From Alphaproteobacteria bacterium (GTDB lineage Bacteria > Pseudomonadota > Alphaproteobacteria > RF32 > CAG-239), in assembly GCA_015062585.1 (NCBI GenBank), contig SUUJ01000003.1, forward strand, positions 101,774-165,773: a stretch of DNA of 64,000 bases. Direction: 5' to 3'. The notes under the pieces were generated by a model. The model had not been told where the DNA came from. It did not search any database and saw only the letters and a list, made by a program, of their open reading frames with translations. Shown piece by piece: positions 44,005-55,084 of the stretch (position 1 is the stretch's first letter; each line of letters opens with the position of its first letter). Made by a program: the position numbers and the translations under genes.

Positions 44005-45020
44005 TATACAAACAAGCTCAACTTGACGGATATTTCAAAAAACCAACACCTTCAATAAAGGCCTTTTTCTTGTATGGTCCAAACGAAGGTTTGATTAGTG
44101 AGTTGAGCAAAAAACTAACTCTTACCGTTACTCAAAATATCAACGATTCCTTTTCTGTCGTTCGCCTTTTGTGGGATGAAATAAAATCAGATATCGGAAC
44201 ACTGTTTTCCGAATATAACGCTATATCTCTTTTAGGCGACCGCAGAGTCATCATATTACAAAACGCCGATAACGACCTTACAAAATACTTAAAAGAGCTT
44301 CTGACATCAAATTCTGATACTTTGCTCATCATTTGCGGAGGTGATAATTTTACCAAAAAATCATCCTTGGTAACTTTTGCTTCCGATTCCGAACAAATGG
44401 TTGTTTACCCTTGTTACGATGACAGAGAAGAATCAATTTCAACATCCGCTCGTTCATTTCTTGTCGAAAAAGAAGTAACATACACTCCCGAGGCTTTCAA
44501 ATTGTTGTGTTCTCGACTTTCTTCCGACCGAAAATTTAATCAAAACGAACTGGAAAAACTCATTACTTATGTCGGAACAAAAAAACATATCGAAATAGAC
44601 GATGTAAAAGCTGTTGTTTTTGATCAGACATCTCTCGGTACCGAAGACTTGTGTTTTTACACTTTTTCCGGTGCAAAAAACGATGCCGTAAAATCACTGA
44701 AACACCTGCTGAACGAAGGCTTTGAGCCTGTAACAATTATCAGAGCGCTGATGTATCACGCTCAAAAATTACTCGAGGGCAAGGCTCTTATGGAAAAAGG
44801 CGAAAAAGCCTACGAAGTATCCAAAAAAATCACTCGCATTTTTTATCGTCAAGACGCAACAAGCTCTCAACTTTCAATGTGGTCAAAAGACCGCTTATTT
44901 GATGTTATAGAACTTCTTTACAAAGCCGAACTCAACTGCAAAACTACTAACATTCCGGCAGAAGAGTACCTTTCTTATACTGTTTTAACTTTGCTTTCTG
45001 CGGCTTCAAAATTGCGTTAA
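44001..45020 (+). CDS. holA: DNA polymerase III subunit delta
   Basis: 339 aa. Position after leuS-lptE. N-terminal clamp-loader delta fold (FFLYGPNEGL). Confidence 0.75.
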   Translation: MIYKQAQLDGYFKKPTPSIKAFFLYGPNEGLISELSKKLTLTVTQNINDSFSVVRLLWDEIKSDIGTLFSEYNAISLLGDRRVIILQNADNDLTKYLKELLTSNSDTLLIICGGDNFTKKSSLVTFASDSEQMVVYPCYDDREESISTSARSFLVEKEVTYTPEAFKLLCSRLSSDRKFNQNELEKLITYVGTKKHIEIDDVKAVVFDQTSLGTEDLCFYTFSGAKNDAVKSLKHLLNEGFEPVTIIRALMYHAQKLLEGKALMEKGEKAYEVSKKITRIFYRQDATSSQLSMWSKDRLFDVIELLYKAELNCKTTNIPAEEYLSYTVLTLLSAASKLR

Positions 45021-45025
45021 AAAAG

Positions 45026-45055
45026 GCTCCGAAAACTCGAAGCCTTTTATTTTAC
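45026..45055. terminator. Bidirectional terminator between holA and trxA
   Basis: ggctccg-aaaact-cgaagcc hairpin followed by ttttatttt. Confidence 0.55.
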
Positions 45056-45069
45056 TCGATTCTAAAAAC

Positions 45070-45384
45070 TTATGCGTTTGCCAAAATCCATTCAACAACT
45101 GTTGACTTCGAATTAAGACCTACTTTTGAATCAACAAGTTTACCATTCTTAAACATCATCAACGACGGTATACTTCTAATTCCCAATGTTGCCGGTGTTT
45201 CCGGAGCTTCATCAACATTCATTTTGCAAATTTTTACTTTATCTGCCAGTTCCACAGATATTTCTTCCATTGTCGGCAACAATTGGCGACACGGTCCGCA
45301 CCATTCAGCCCAAAAATCAACCAAAACCAAACCTTTTTCTTGCAAAACTTCTGCTTCGAACTGATCGTCCTTAATTGCTAACAT
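45070..45384 (-). CDS. trxA: Thioredoxin
   Basis: WAEWCGPCRQL active site. 104 aa. Confidence 0.9.
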   Translation of the reverse strand: MLAIKDDQFEAEVLQEKGLVLVDFWAEWCGPCRQLLPTMEEISVELADKVKICKMNVDEAPETPATLGIRSIPSLMMFKNGKLVDSKVGLNSKSTVVEWILANA

Positions 45385-45470
45385 TATTGTCCCTTTCTCA
45401 ATATAAAATTTCGTTATAATAACTAAATATAATATAAAATTTTCATAAATAAAGATTTTTATTAAAAAAT

Positions 45471-48400
45471 TCAGATATTATCTAATTTCATAATTTTTGC
45501 AGTATTGGTCCACAAAATAAAAGCCTCGACTTTTTTGTTCGGATATATTTCGCAAATCAGCTGCTTGTATGACTTCATTTGTTTTATATATGCCTCTGGA
45601 ACTTCTTCCAAATTTTTTGCCGCTGGCCTGTTAGTTTTATAATCAACGATCATAACCTTATCTTCGCAAACAACCAGTCTGTCAATCTGTCCCGAAATAA
45701 TATGTTCGCCAACCACACCCATCAAAGACACCTCAGCCACCGAATTTTGGCTGAACAACGGTGCAAATACCGGATTCTCTAACAACGATAAAACTTCTGT
45801 TTTTATCTTGTTTTTTTCCTTATCATCAAAATCCAAAACTTGTCTGGCTAAAAATTTATCAATCAAAGATTCTCTTTTATCATCTTTAACCGATGGCATA
45901 AATTGCAATATTTTATGAATAATTTTTCCTCTGGCATACAGTTTTTCATTATTATTTTCCGCCAAAGGAGAAATGGCACTGACAAAACTTTCGTCTTGAT
46001 GAGAAGGGGTAAGCGGTCTTGCCATAAAACCTTCCTCTTTCGGATTTTCCTGTAACCATTCCGGTATAACTAAATCAACCTTTTTTGCCTCATATTTTTT
46101 TATGGCTTCAGGCTCTACTTGTTGCTCAACCTTATACACTAAATTCTTTTGCTTATCCTCTATGGCTATTTTACCAAAAGCCTCTTTAACTGTTTCATAC
46201 CAAGATTCTTCATTCGGCTTATTTTTGTTCTTAAACCCGCATATACACAAGCAATCTTCTGCTCGTGTCAACGCCACATACAACAACCTGTGGTATTCAT
46301 CTAAAGACAACTGCTTTTCGCGACTGATAAGCTCTTCACATCTTTGAGTATATCCGTCTTTGTTCAACGGATACAAAAGCATATCATTATCCTTAAACCA
46401 GCGTCCCTCGCGATTTATACCTTTTACTCTGGTTGTATCAGGCAATATGACAATCGGCGCTTGCAAACCTTTTGACCCATGAACAGTCATAAGTCTTACG
46501 GCGTTATTATTATTCTGTTCCAAATCGCGTTTTACTTCCACATCATCAGCTTCCATCCATTCAACAAAAAGCTGTAATGAAGGTATATGCTCTTTTTCAA
46601 ATTCCAAACTCAAATTAACAAAAACATCTATCGCATCTTCGCAATCATTACCTAATCTTTCTACAAATTTCTTTCTGCCCTCCAGATTATTTAGGACATA
46701 ACAAAACAATTCAAAAGGTCTGACATCCTGCGAAATAGTTAACAATTCATACAAAGTTGCTGCTTGATTTTCGTATCGTTTATCTTTTCTGATACGCTTC
46801 CATACGGAATCTTTTTCTCTGTTATAGCAAAGATTAAACAAATCATCATCAGCCAAACCGAATAATGGCGATTTTAACAAACAAGCTAAATTTAAATCAT
46901 CATCCGGTAACAAACAAAATTTTGCCACTGCCAACAAGTCGCTGATAGCAATTTGGTCGTTTAACTTTATCTTATCAACGCCGGCAATATTTACTCCTAT
47001 ATTTTTACAAGCTCTGACAATTTCCTCAACAAACGATGTTCTTCTTTGAACCAAGATTAAAAAATCACCATATTGTAACGGACGCCCTTTTGCTTCCAGT
47101 AATTCGCCGCTTTCCACCTTGTTTTTTATATTTTCAGCAATCTTGTTCGCTAATCTTGTAGAGGGCGAAACAACACCTATTTTTTCAACCGGAGGCCACC
47201 AAATTTTATCTTCATTATCATTATCTTGCGGCTCAACAAGTTCCCACAATTCAACTCTTCCGCCGTCACCGATACGCGACGGAACATGAGCCATATTTTG
47301 CCCTTCAGACACCACGCCCGACTTAACTTTATCAAAATCAAAAACCGAATTTACGGTATCAAGAATTGCCGCCGTCGAACGAAAAGAAACCTCCATATTT
47401 ACGGTCTTAAAATTACTCGATTCTTTGGCAAAATATTGATGCATTCGTTCAAATTCCGCAGGGTCGGCACCTTGAAACGAATAAATAGATTGTTTTCTGT
47501 CACCAACCACAAAAAATGTCGGATCTTTTTCATGATTTCCCTTACCTGAAAAAAATTCTTTGGTTATTGCCTTAACAATAGCCCACTGTTCCGGTGAAGT
47601 ATCTTGAGCCTCATCAATTAAAATGTTGTCGATTCCGCCATCAAGTTTATACAAAATCCATTCCGCAACTTTCGGTGATTCAAACAACCTTTTGGTAATA
47701 ACAATAAGATCATTATAATCCAATTTTGAATGTGTTTTTTTGTATTGATGATATTTTTCAAGAATTTCCTCGGCAATAATCAAAACCGCTCTGGTAGATA
47801 AAAACAAATTAACCGCTTTTATCTTTTCTTCCAATTCAACACACAAATTTACAAACTCGTCACAATAATCCAATGCTTGCGGATATTTTGCCACAGAATC
47901 ATTTACCAATATTTTGGCTCGAGGCTTACCCTTAGTCAAAAATATATTTACAAATTCTTCCAAATTTTTTTCATCTCGCGCTTTGGCTAAGATATAAGCT
48001 TTTTTTTGCGATGCAGCTGTTCCGACATCTAGTGCTTTTATAATAATTGATAATTTTTCAAAATCTAAATTTTGCCAAAAATCAGCCTTTACATCTTCTC
48101 TGGTAACATCTTTTTTCACACCGAAATTATCGGCAATTTTTTCTATCAAGTTTGCTACTGAAGAATATCCTGACAAACATTCTTCAATCATATTTCTTTG
48201 CAAGGTTATCGATTCCAATATTTCGGGAAAATTCTTTTCATTTGACTCGGCAGTCAAAAAGTCAACAGCTTGCAAAACTTCGTTATTAAAAGAATTGTTT
48301 AATATTTCTTTTTTAATATCTGCCAAAGCATCTCTGGAGCTTCTGTCATCCATAACTTCAAAATATGGCGATATTTTTGCCTCTAAAGGAAATCTCTTTA

Positions 48401-48821
48401 ATACTTCCTGACAAAAAGAGTGAATAGTTTGAATTTTTACACCGCCCGGAGTATCCAGCAACAATGCAAACAGTCGGCGCGACTTTGATAATAATTCATC
48501 ATTAGTTGCCAGCTTTTTACCCAGCAAATTTTCTAATTCTTTTATCAGTTTTTCATCATCAGCAACAGCCCATTTGCTAAGTTTTTCGGCAATACGATTG
48601 TTCATCTCGACAGCAGCCGCTTTGGTATAAGTCAAACACAAAATTCTTGAAGGCAAAACCCCGTCCAACAATAATCGCAACACTCTGTCTGACAGAACTT
48701 TTGTTTTTCCTGTACCGGCCGAAGCCTCAACCCATACCGAATTTTTCGGACTGGACGCAATTCTCTGTTGATTCGAAGCAAGGGTAATCCTTTCTTGTTT
48801 TTGTTTTGCAAAATCAGTCAT
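45471..48821 (-). CDS. addA: Double-strand break repair helicase/nuclease AddA (UvrD-like helicase plus PD-(D/E)xK nuclease)
   Basis: Walker A ASAGTGKT; UvrD helicase motifs; C-terminal nuclease motif VDYKTNRPA. 1116 aa. Gene order addB-addA-trxA. Confidence 0.9.
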   Translation of the reverse strand: MTDFAKQKQERITLASNQQRIASSPKNSVWVEASAGTGKTKVLSDRVLRLLLDGVLPSRILCLTYTKAAAVEMNNRIAEKLSKWAVADDEKLIKELENLLGKKLATNDELLSKSRRLFALLLDTPGGVKIQTIHSFCQEVLKRFPLEAKISPYFEVMDDRSSRDALADIKKEILNNSFNNEVLQAVDFLTAESNEKNFPEILESITLQRNMIEECLSGYSSVANLIEKIADNFGVKKDVTREDVKADFWQNLDFEKLSIIIKALDVGTAASQKKAYILAKARDEKNLEEFVNIFLTKGKPRAKILVNDSVAKYPQALDYCDEFVNLCVELEEKIKAVNLFLSTRAVLIIAEEILEKYHQYKKTHSKLDYNDLIVITKRLFESPKVAEWILYKLDGGIDNILIDEAQDTSPEQWAIVKAITKEFFSGKGNHEKDPTFFVVGDRKQSIYSFQGADPAEFERMHQYFAKESSNFKTVNMEVSFRSTAAILDTVNSVFDFDKVKSGVVSEGQNMAHVPSRIGDGGRVELWELVEPQDNDNEDKIWWPPVEKIGVVSPSTRLANKIAENIKNKVESGELLEAKGRPLQYGDFLILVQRRTSFVEEIVRACKNIGVNIAGVDKIKLNDQIAISDLLAVAKFCLLPDDDLNLACLLKSPLFGLADDDLFNLCYNREKDSVWKRIRKDKRYENQAATLYELLTISQDVRPFELFCYVLNNLEGRKKFVERLGNDCEDAIDVFVNLSLEFEKEHIPSLQLFVEWMEADDVEVKRDLEQNNNNAVRLMTVHGSKGLQAPIVILPDTTRVKGINREGRWFKDNDMLLYPLNKDGYTQRCEELISREKQLSLDEYHRLLYVALTRAEDCLCICGFKNKNKPNEESWYETVKEAFGKIAIEDKQKNLVYKVEQQVEPEAIKKYEAKKVDLVIPEWLQENPKEEGFMARPLTPSHQDESFVSAISPLAENNNEKLYARGKIIHKILQFMPSVKDDKRESLIDKFLARQVLDFDDKEKNKIKTEVLSLLENPVFAPLFSQNSVAEVSLMGVVGEHIISGQIDRLVVCEDKVMIVDYKTNRPAAKNLEEVPEAYIKQMKSYKQLICEIYPNKKVEAFILWTNTAKIMKLDNI

Positions 48822-51702
48822 TATTACCCTCCGTATCGATAACCGACCATTCTTTTACCCTCGCCAAATGTTCATAATCTGAATATTCGGGCACATTTTT
48901 AGGATTAGGTCTGCTCAAATAACCGGTGGTTTCAAAATCAAACAAATTTACTACTTTTCTGATATATTCATCAGTGTTTTGTAAAATAGTATCGACTTCA
49001 TCATCAATACAAATTTTATCATCGCCCAACTTCCAATACATCAAAGAATTAACATCTGCTTTTTCGATATTATCAAATCCGCCTTTTTTAGCTATCAATC
49101 CCTCTATCGGAAGCTGTGGAGCATAACCGTTTTTAACTTCGCTTTTCTTTCTTGCCGCACCGGTTTTATAATCGATGATATTAACTTTTCCGCCCATCAG
49201 TTTATCAATTCTGTCAGCTCTGGCAAAAATCTCAAATTTTCCGGCAGGTAAATCATCCAAATAATAGCGCCCCCAAACTTCGTTAGACACTTTTTCAACC
49301 AAATGACGATACTCGAGTTCTTCATCAACAACCCAACGCATCATTTTTTCCATTTTTGGCAACCAAAACGACAATTTTTCCTTTTTAAATTCGCTTTTGG
49401 CAAAGGCCTCATGTCCCATTTTCAGCAATATATCAAGCGCATTTTCAGGAATTTTTGACGGATACCTACGATTAAATTCTTCCAAAACATTATGTATCAA
49501 ATTACCAAAATCTCTTTTATCTTCCTCTTTGTTCAAATCATCCAACGGCTTCAATTTTAATATATATTCAGCATAGACACCATAAGGATCTCTAAGTAAT
49601 TTTTCAAAGGCGCTGGCTGACATTTTTCTCGGCCTTGCTTCAACCGGAGGTGTCGGACAAGGAGCTTCTATTTTGCAATATCTGACAGGCCTATCCAAAA
49701 ACTTTGCAAATTTTTCAACTTCATGGTCAATCAAGCAATCCTTATCCAACTTAACCGCTTGAATTATTGTTTCCAATCGCATTAACCAACGCGATTTTAT
49801 GGTTGGAGATCCGCCGTTTGTTTTGGCTCTGGTAATATAAACTTTTTTTGCCCCCATTAAATTAGCAAAATCCAAACCTAACACTCCGATTTGCTTTTCC
49901 GGTGACTCAAAACCGAAATCTTTTTTCATCGGTCGCGACATCCATGGATCAGCTTTTGGTGAAACCGGCCAAACTCCTTCATTAAAACTGCCCAAAACTA
50001 TCTCATCATAATGATTTAATCTTGCTTCCATAGGTCCCAAAATTCTAACCCTGTGATGAGTATTTCTTTTGCGTCTTACCATAACAGCTGACATCATAGT
50101 TTCGAGCAAATGTAAATATTCTTTGGTTTCTATCTCGCCCAAAATATCGGCTTTTGCTATCAAACCGGCCATAAAATCAGCACCTGTCTGTCCGTCATCA
50201 CCTCTCCAAAGCTTTTCAACCCCTGATAGCTGACAATCACCGACCAAACTTTCTGCCAACAAAATATGAGTTTGCAAAATATCTTTTAGCGGTGCCTTTT
50301 CTCTTTTCATCAAATTAGAAAAAACATCTGCTTTATTGTAAAATTCACTCAACATTTTTTCGGCTTCATCATTACTAATCTCGCTTCGCCACAAAATTTT
50401 ATCCAAATCAGAAACTTTCTCTTCTATTTCCGACTTATCCTTTTCCATCGTAAACATTTTGTGTTTCATCAAAGCCAAAACTTTTTCTCTTGTTGTATCA
50501 TTTTGGGTTGCCGACACGCACAAACGCATAAAAATACCCCAAGGTGTCAAAGACAACGGAATACCGGCAGAGTCATCAACTTCTATATTCCAGCGCTTTA
50601 GCTCACAAGCCACTCTTCTGGCCAAATTTCTATCAGGTGTCACCAACGCAATAGTTTTTTCTTTTTCTTCCAAAGCGCGCCTTATCATCACGGCAATAGA
50701 CATTGCCTCACCTCGCAAATCCTCACTCTCAACTATTCGCAGACCCTCAAAGGCTTCATTAGTAACAATTCCGGCCAAATCCAGCCACTTTTCACTTGAT
50801 GATGCCGGACGCATAATTTCACTGATAAGTTTTTCTCGGGGTTTATTTTTGCTTTCAACCGCTTCTGCTACTTCTTCCCGTCCTATCTCTAAAAAATCCA
50901 ACAAATGTTTTATCTCAAATTGAGAATGCGTTTCATCAATAGCCTCAAACGATTCTTTATCAAGCTCCTTATCTAAACCGGCTAACCAAACCTCGCCGTT
51001 TTCCAAACCCAAAACAGTTTTTACCAAATTTTTCATAGCCGGAGAAACGGCTGTCGAGCCGGCAACAATAACCCTTTGTTTTAACTTTTGCTCTTGCCAA
51101 ATCTTGCTTTGAATATCAATCAGCTTATTTTTTCTTTCGCTGGCATCAACAACACCCCTATCGCTCAAAATACTTGGCCAATATTGAGTTATAATACCCA
51201 AAAATTTTAATGTTTCTTGCCAATGCTCGGCATATTCTTCCGGTGTCAGATTTGCTAAATTACTCCAATCAAGACCAAACATCTGAGCCGTATCAATTAA
51301 ACTGCCCAATTCCAAAGCCAACGAACAAGCTTGCGATAAAGATATTTTTTCCAAACCGAATTCTTTATATCGGCTCATAATAAGCCTCATGAACAACATG
51401 GTTCTTTCTTGCGATTCTATCACCGGCAAAAGGCTGACAAACTCATCTTGTATATCTTGCCCGCTAAGCATAATTTCATCTTCGTTTACATCGCCCATCG
51501 CTCTCATCTGCGGCAGTAAAGTCGGTGACATTCCTTTTAATTTTACAAAAGCGTCTGCAAGCGATCTTTGCGCTCGACGATTTGGCAACAAAATCAAAAC
51601 TTTTGATAATTCAAGCAAATTATCTTTATAGTCATTTAGCAATTTTTCAGCCAAAACTTCAACGAAACAATTAGACGATGAAACATTAAAAATCTTAGCC
51701 AT
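48814..51702 (-). CDS. addB: Double-strand break repair protein AddB (alphaproteobacterial type)
   Basis: 962 aa. C-terminal RecB-like nuclease motif IIDYKTG. Overlaps addA by 8 nt. Confidence 0.85.
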   Translation of the reverse strand: MAKIFNVSSSNCFVEVLAEKLLNDYKDNLLELSKVLILLPNRRAQRSLADAFVKLKGMSPTLLPQMRAMGDVNEDEIMLSGQDIQDEFVSLLPVIESQERTMLFMRLIMSRYKEFGLEKISLSQACSLALELGSLIDTAQMFGLDWSNLANLTPEEYAEHWQETLKFLGIITQYWPSILSDRGVVDASERKNKLIDIQSKIWQEQKLKQRVIVAGSTAVSPAMKNLVKTVLGLENGEVWLAGLDKELDKESFEAIDETHSQFEIKHLLDFLEIGREEVAEAVESKNKPREKLISEIMRPASSSEKWLDLAGIVTNEAFEGLRIVESEDLRGEAMSIAVMIRRALEEKEKTIALVTPDRNLARRVACELKRWNIEVDDSAGIPLSLTPWGIFMRLCVSATQNDTTREKVLALMKHKMFTMEKDKSEIEEKVSDLDKILWRSEISNDEAEKMLSEFYNKADVFSNLMKREKAPLKDILQTHILLAESLVGDCQLSGVEKLWRGDDGQTGADFMAGLIAKADILGEIETKEYLHLLETMMSAVMVRRKRNTHHRVRILGPMEARLNHYDEIVLGSFNEGVWPVSPKADPWMSRPMKKDFGFESPEKQIGVLGLDFANLMGAKKVYITRAKTNGGSPTIKSRWLMRLETIIQAVKLDKDCLIDHEVEKFAKFLDRPVRYCKIEAPCPTPPVEARPRKMSASAFEKLLRDPYGVYAEYILKLKPLDDLNKEEDKRDFGNLIHNVLEEFNRRYPSKIPENALDILLKMGHEAFAKSEFKKEKLSFWLPKMEKMMRWVVDEELEYRHLVEKVSNEVWGRYYLDDLPAGKFEIFARADRIDKLMGGKVNIIDYKTGAARKKSEVKNGYAPQLPIEGLIAKKGGFDNIEKADVNSLMYWKLGDDKICIDDEVDTILQNTDEYIRKVVNLFDFETTGYLSRPNPKNVPEYSDYEHLARVKEWSVIDTEGNND

Positions 51703-52282
51703 TAAACACCTGTTGCAAAAATTTGGCTACTGCTCGACCTCTGTGTGAAATTTTCTTTTTCTCATCACCGCTCATCTCGGCAAAAGTCCTGTCAAAACCG
51801 TCAGGAACAAAAACCGGATCAAAACCGAACCCGTTTTCACCTCTTCGATGTTCAATGATTTTTCCATCTACACGCCCTTCAAAAAGCTCTATATCTCTAT
51901 CCGGCATTTTCAACGCCAATACACAAGAAAAATGCGCAGACCAATCATCGCTCTTCGATTCCTTAAGCTCGCCTATTAACATAGCTATGGCTTTATCAAA
52001 ATCCCTGTTTGGAGCATATCTTGCCGAATAGACACCCGGTCTTCCGCCCAAAGCATCAACACACAAACCGGAATCATCAGCCAAACAAGGCTTTTTGCAT
52101 AATTTTGCCAATTCTTCAGCTTTTAATATTGCATTTTCGGCAAATGTTGTACCTGTTTCTTCCACATCAGGCAAATTCAAATCATTTGCCGAATAAATTT
52201 TTACCCCATATGGTGCCAACATTTTTTCAAATTCGGCAATTTTACCTTTATTATGTGAAGCTATAACCAGTTCTTTTAACAT
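51695..52282 (-). CDS. rdgB: Non-canonical purine NTP pyrophosphatase RdgB (Ham1 family)
   Basis: ASHNKGKIAEFEKML ... FGFDPVF motifs. 195 aa. Downstream of rph. Confidence 0.9.
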   Translation of the reverse strand: MLKELVIASHNKGKIAEFEKMLAPYGVKIYSANDLNLPDVEETGTTFAENAILKAEELAKLCKKPCLADDSGLCVDALGGRPGVYSARYAPNRDFDKAIAMLIGELKESKSDDWSAHFSCVLALKMPDRDIELFEGRVDGKIIEHRRGENGFGFDPVFVPDGFDRTFAEMSGDEKKKISHRGRAVAKFLQQVFNG

Positions 52283-53004
52283 CCCAAAACATCCTTTTGC
52301 TTAGCAATAATTTGTTTAATACCTTCTTTACCTAACTTCATCAATTCATTAAATTCTTTTTCTTCAAAAGGCTCGCCCTCTGCTGTTCCTTGAATTTCGA
52401 CAATTTTGCCGCTTTCTGTCATAATAAAGTTCATATCGACCTGCGAATTTGAATCTTCTTCATAATCGACATCCAAAACCGCCTTACCATTATAAATGTC
52501 ACAAGAAACTGCTGCCACAAACTCTCTAATCGGATTCTCAGGCAATTTTTTCTCTTTTACTAACCTGTTCAAAGCCAAATACATTGCTATAAACCCTCCG
52601 GAAACCGAAGCAACTCTTGTTCCGCCGTCAGCCTGCAACACATCACAATCTATGGTAATGCAAATATCTTTCATTTTTTCCAAATCAACCACCGCTCTTA
52701 ACGAACGACCTATCAATCTTTGTATTTCTTGAGTGCGTCCCGAAGGTTTTTTAACCTCGCGCTGTACTCTGGTCTGAGTGGAACGCGGCAACATGGCATA
52801 TTCGGCCGTAACCCATCCTTTTTCTTGCCCTTTTAACCAAGACGGTACTTTTTCTTCAACACTTGCTGTACAAACAACATGTGTATTACCATATTTTACT
52901 AAACACGAACCTTCAGCATAAGGATTAAAATTTGTTACAAATTCAATATCTCTAAGCTGATTGTTTTTTCTTCCTGACTTGCGCATTTTTATTTTCTCCG
53001 ACAT
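52276..53004 (-). CDS. rph: Ribonuclease PH
   Basis: RNase PH core (GSCLVKYGNTHVVCTAS ... DCDVLQADGGTRVASVSG). 242 aa. Confidence 0.9.
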   Translation of the reverse strand: MSEKIKMRKSGRKNNQLRDIEFVTNFNPYAEGSCLVKYGNTHVVCTASVEEKVPSWLKGQEKGWVTAEYAMLPRSTQTRVQREVKKPSGRTQEIQRLIGRSLRAVVDLEKMKDICITIDCDVLQADGGTRVASVSGGFIAMYLALNRLVKEKKLPENPIREFVAAVSCDIYNGKAVLDVDYEEDSNSQVDMNFIMTESGKIVEIQGTAEGEPFEEKEFNELMKLGKEGIKQIIAKQKDVLGC

Positions 53005-53106
53005 TCAAAATTATATGCAAAAATTGTAAAAGATTCTCATTTTAAGTGCAACAAAAAAGACCGACTTAAATACATAAGTCGGCCCTTTTGTTTCTGTTTT
53101 TTATTC

Positions 53107-53853
53107 CTATTTTCTGTCGCCCATAAAACGCAACAAATACATAAACAAATTTATAAAATCCAAATAAAGACTCAAAGCTCCCATCAAAGCTTTTTTGGTA
53201 AGAGTTTCATCGCTGTCGGCAGAAGAATAAATCATACGAATTTTTTGTGAATCAAAAGCTGTAAGACCGGCAAAAATACCAACACCGATAAATGACAAAG
53301 CCCAATCAAGTCCTGAACTTTTAACAAAAATATTTACTAGTGACGCAATGATAAGACCAAACAAGCCCATTATCAAAAACGAGCCCATTCCACTCAAATC
53401 TTTTTTAGTTGTATATCCGTACAAACTCAAAGCACCAAAGCTTCCGGCTGTAATCAAAAACACTCTTACCAAACTTGATTGAGTATAAAGCAAGAATATC
53501 GGTGTTAAACTTACACCCATTAACAAAGAATATCCCCAAAACATCATTTGAACTTGCTTAGCTGTACCGGAAGACACAACCCAACTAAAAGCAAACACCA
53601 AAATCAGCGGTGCTATCAAAGCTAACCAACCAAAACCTGATAATGTTGCTCCTTGTGGTGTAATATTAAAAAACACCCTCAATAAAGATGTATTGGCAAT
53701 CAACCAAGCGGCTATACCGGTAAGGCACAAACCACCGGCCATAAAATTATATACCTTAAGCATATAAGAGCGCAAACCCTCGTCGATTGTTCTTGCTTGT
53801 GCTTGAGAATAAATACCGTTTCGCATATTTTTTTCCTTAAATTTGATTATCAC
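53107..53853 (-). CDS. Bax-inhibitor-1/YccA family membrane protein
   Basis: 7-TM protein with a BI-1-type C-terminus. 248 aa. Confidence 0.7.
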   Translation of the reverse strand: MIIKFKEKNMRNGIYSQAQARTIDEGLRSYMLKVYNFMAGGLCLTGIAAWLIANTSLLRVFFNITPQGATLSGFGWLALIAPLILVFAFSWVVSSGTAKQVQMMFWGYSLLMGVSLTPIFLLYTQSSLVRVFLITAGSFGALSLYGYTTKKDLSGMGSFLIMGLFGLIIASLVNIFVKSSGLDWALSFIGVGIFAGLTAFDSQKIRMIYSSADSDETLTKKALMGALSLYLDFINLFMYLLRFMGDRK

Positions 53854-53904
53854 TAAATATAAATATAGGAAAACTTTTTTAACAAATCAATAATGCTTCT
53901 TTTT

Positions 53905-54612
53905 TTAGTTATATTTATAAAGATCTTTGCCTTTAACCTTAAGCCACTTTCTTGACTCCTGATAACAGGGACACAATTCTTCAACCGTCTTCCAAAACAA
54001 TGTGGAATGATTAGGATGTTTAAGGTGTGAAACTTCATGGCATACCAAATAATCAATAACATCCGAAGGAGCCAAGACGATTCGCCAATTATAGTTTATA
54101 TTTCCTTTTGTTGAACAACTGCCCCAACGCGATTTTGTATCTTTTACACTGACCGAAGCTATTTTTACGCCAATTTTTTGTGCTTTTGCCAAAGATATTT
54201 CAGCCAATTTATCTACGGCTTCTTTTTTCAAAAAATCTTTTACCCTACGATGCAAAAAACTTTTGTCTCCGCCAACTTTTAAGATATCATTTTCAAAACA
54301 AGTTCCCTTGTGCTTATCATCATGAGCTATTGTATACTCTTTACCGAACACACTTATTTTTTCACCATCGGCAAAATCAGAAGCCTTTGGAAGTTTGGCC
54401 AACATATTAACAATCCAATCTTCATTGGATTTCAAAAAATTTAAGGCTTGTTTTTTTGAACAATACTTCGGAATACTCAAAACCGGACAATGGCATTTTT
54501 CATCAATCCGCAACACCAATTTTTTTGCGACTGATGATTTTTTTACCTTTATTTCAAAATCAAAATCTTTAGAAAAATCAAAGGTCTTGCCAGTCAACAA
54601 TGTGATTCTCAT
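53905..54612 (-). CDS. YgjP-like metal-dependent hydrolase (DUF45/WLM-like HExxH)
   Basis: VCHEVSHLKHPNHS HExxH...H motif. 235 aa. Confidence 0.7.
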   Translation of the reverse strand: MRITLLTGKTFDFSKDFDFEIKVKKSSVAKKLVLRIDEKCHCPVLSIPKYCSKKQALNFLKSNEDWIVNMLAKLPKASDFADGEKISVFGKEYTIAHDDKHKGTCFENDILKVGGDKSFLHRRVKDFLKKEAVDKLAEISLAKAQKIGVKIASVSVKDTKSRWGSCSTKGNINYNWRIVLAPSDVIDYLVCHEVSHLKHPNHSTLFWKTVEELCPCYQESRKWLKVKGKDLYKYN

Positions 54613-55084
54613 AATCCCTAACCTCTGTTTCCGAAATCAATTTTCTTCCCTTTAACGACTGCTTTGATTCGTGTATTGACGACGCTTTTTTAGTAATCAA
54701 AGGGTGCCACTCAGGCAAATCTTTTCCGTCTGCCAACAACCTGTAAGCACAAGTTTTAGGTAATATTTCCGGCTCGCTCAAAACTGTTTTAAGATCAATA
54801 TCTCGACAATCATCTACCTTTTCAAACCTATGCTCATATATCTGACACAAACAAGTTTCCTCGTCCAAAAAACGACATTTTGCATTAGTAAAACAAACTT
54901 TTCCTCTGATGTCTATTTTGTTCAAACAGCATTTTCCGCAGCCGTCACATAGCAACTCCCATTCATCTTTAGACAAATCTTCCAATTTTTTCTTTTTCCA
55001 AAATTCCGGCTCAAATTTATCCAAATTATCAAATCTGGATTGCGGATCATATTTTTCATCAGGCCAATTATTCATTTTTATCAA
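54578..55084 (-). CDS. ycgN: YcgN/UPF0260 family Cys-rich protein (copy 1)
   Basis: CDGCGKCCLNK ... CRFLD ... CLCQIYEHR Cys cluster and KTCAYRLLADGKDLPEWHPL. Confidence 0.7.
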   Translation of the reverse strand: MIKMNNWPDEKYDPQSRFDNLDKFEPEFWKKKKLEDLSKDEWELLCDGCGKCCLNKIDIRGKVCFTNAKCRFLDEETCLCQIYEHRFEKVDDCRDIDLKTVLSEPEILPKTCAYRLLADGKDLPEWHPLITKKASSIHESKQSLKGRKLISETEVRDYENHIVDWQDL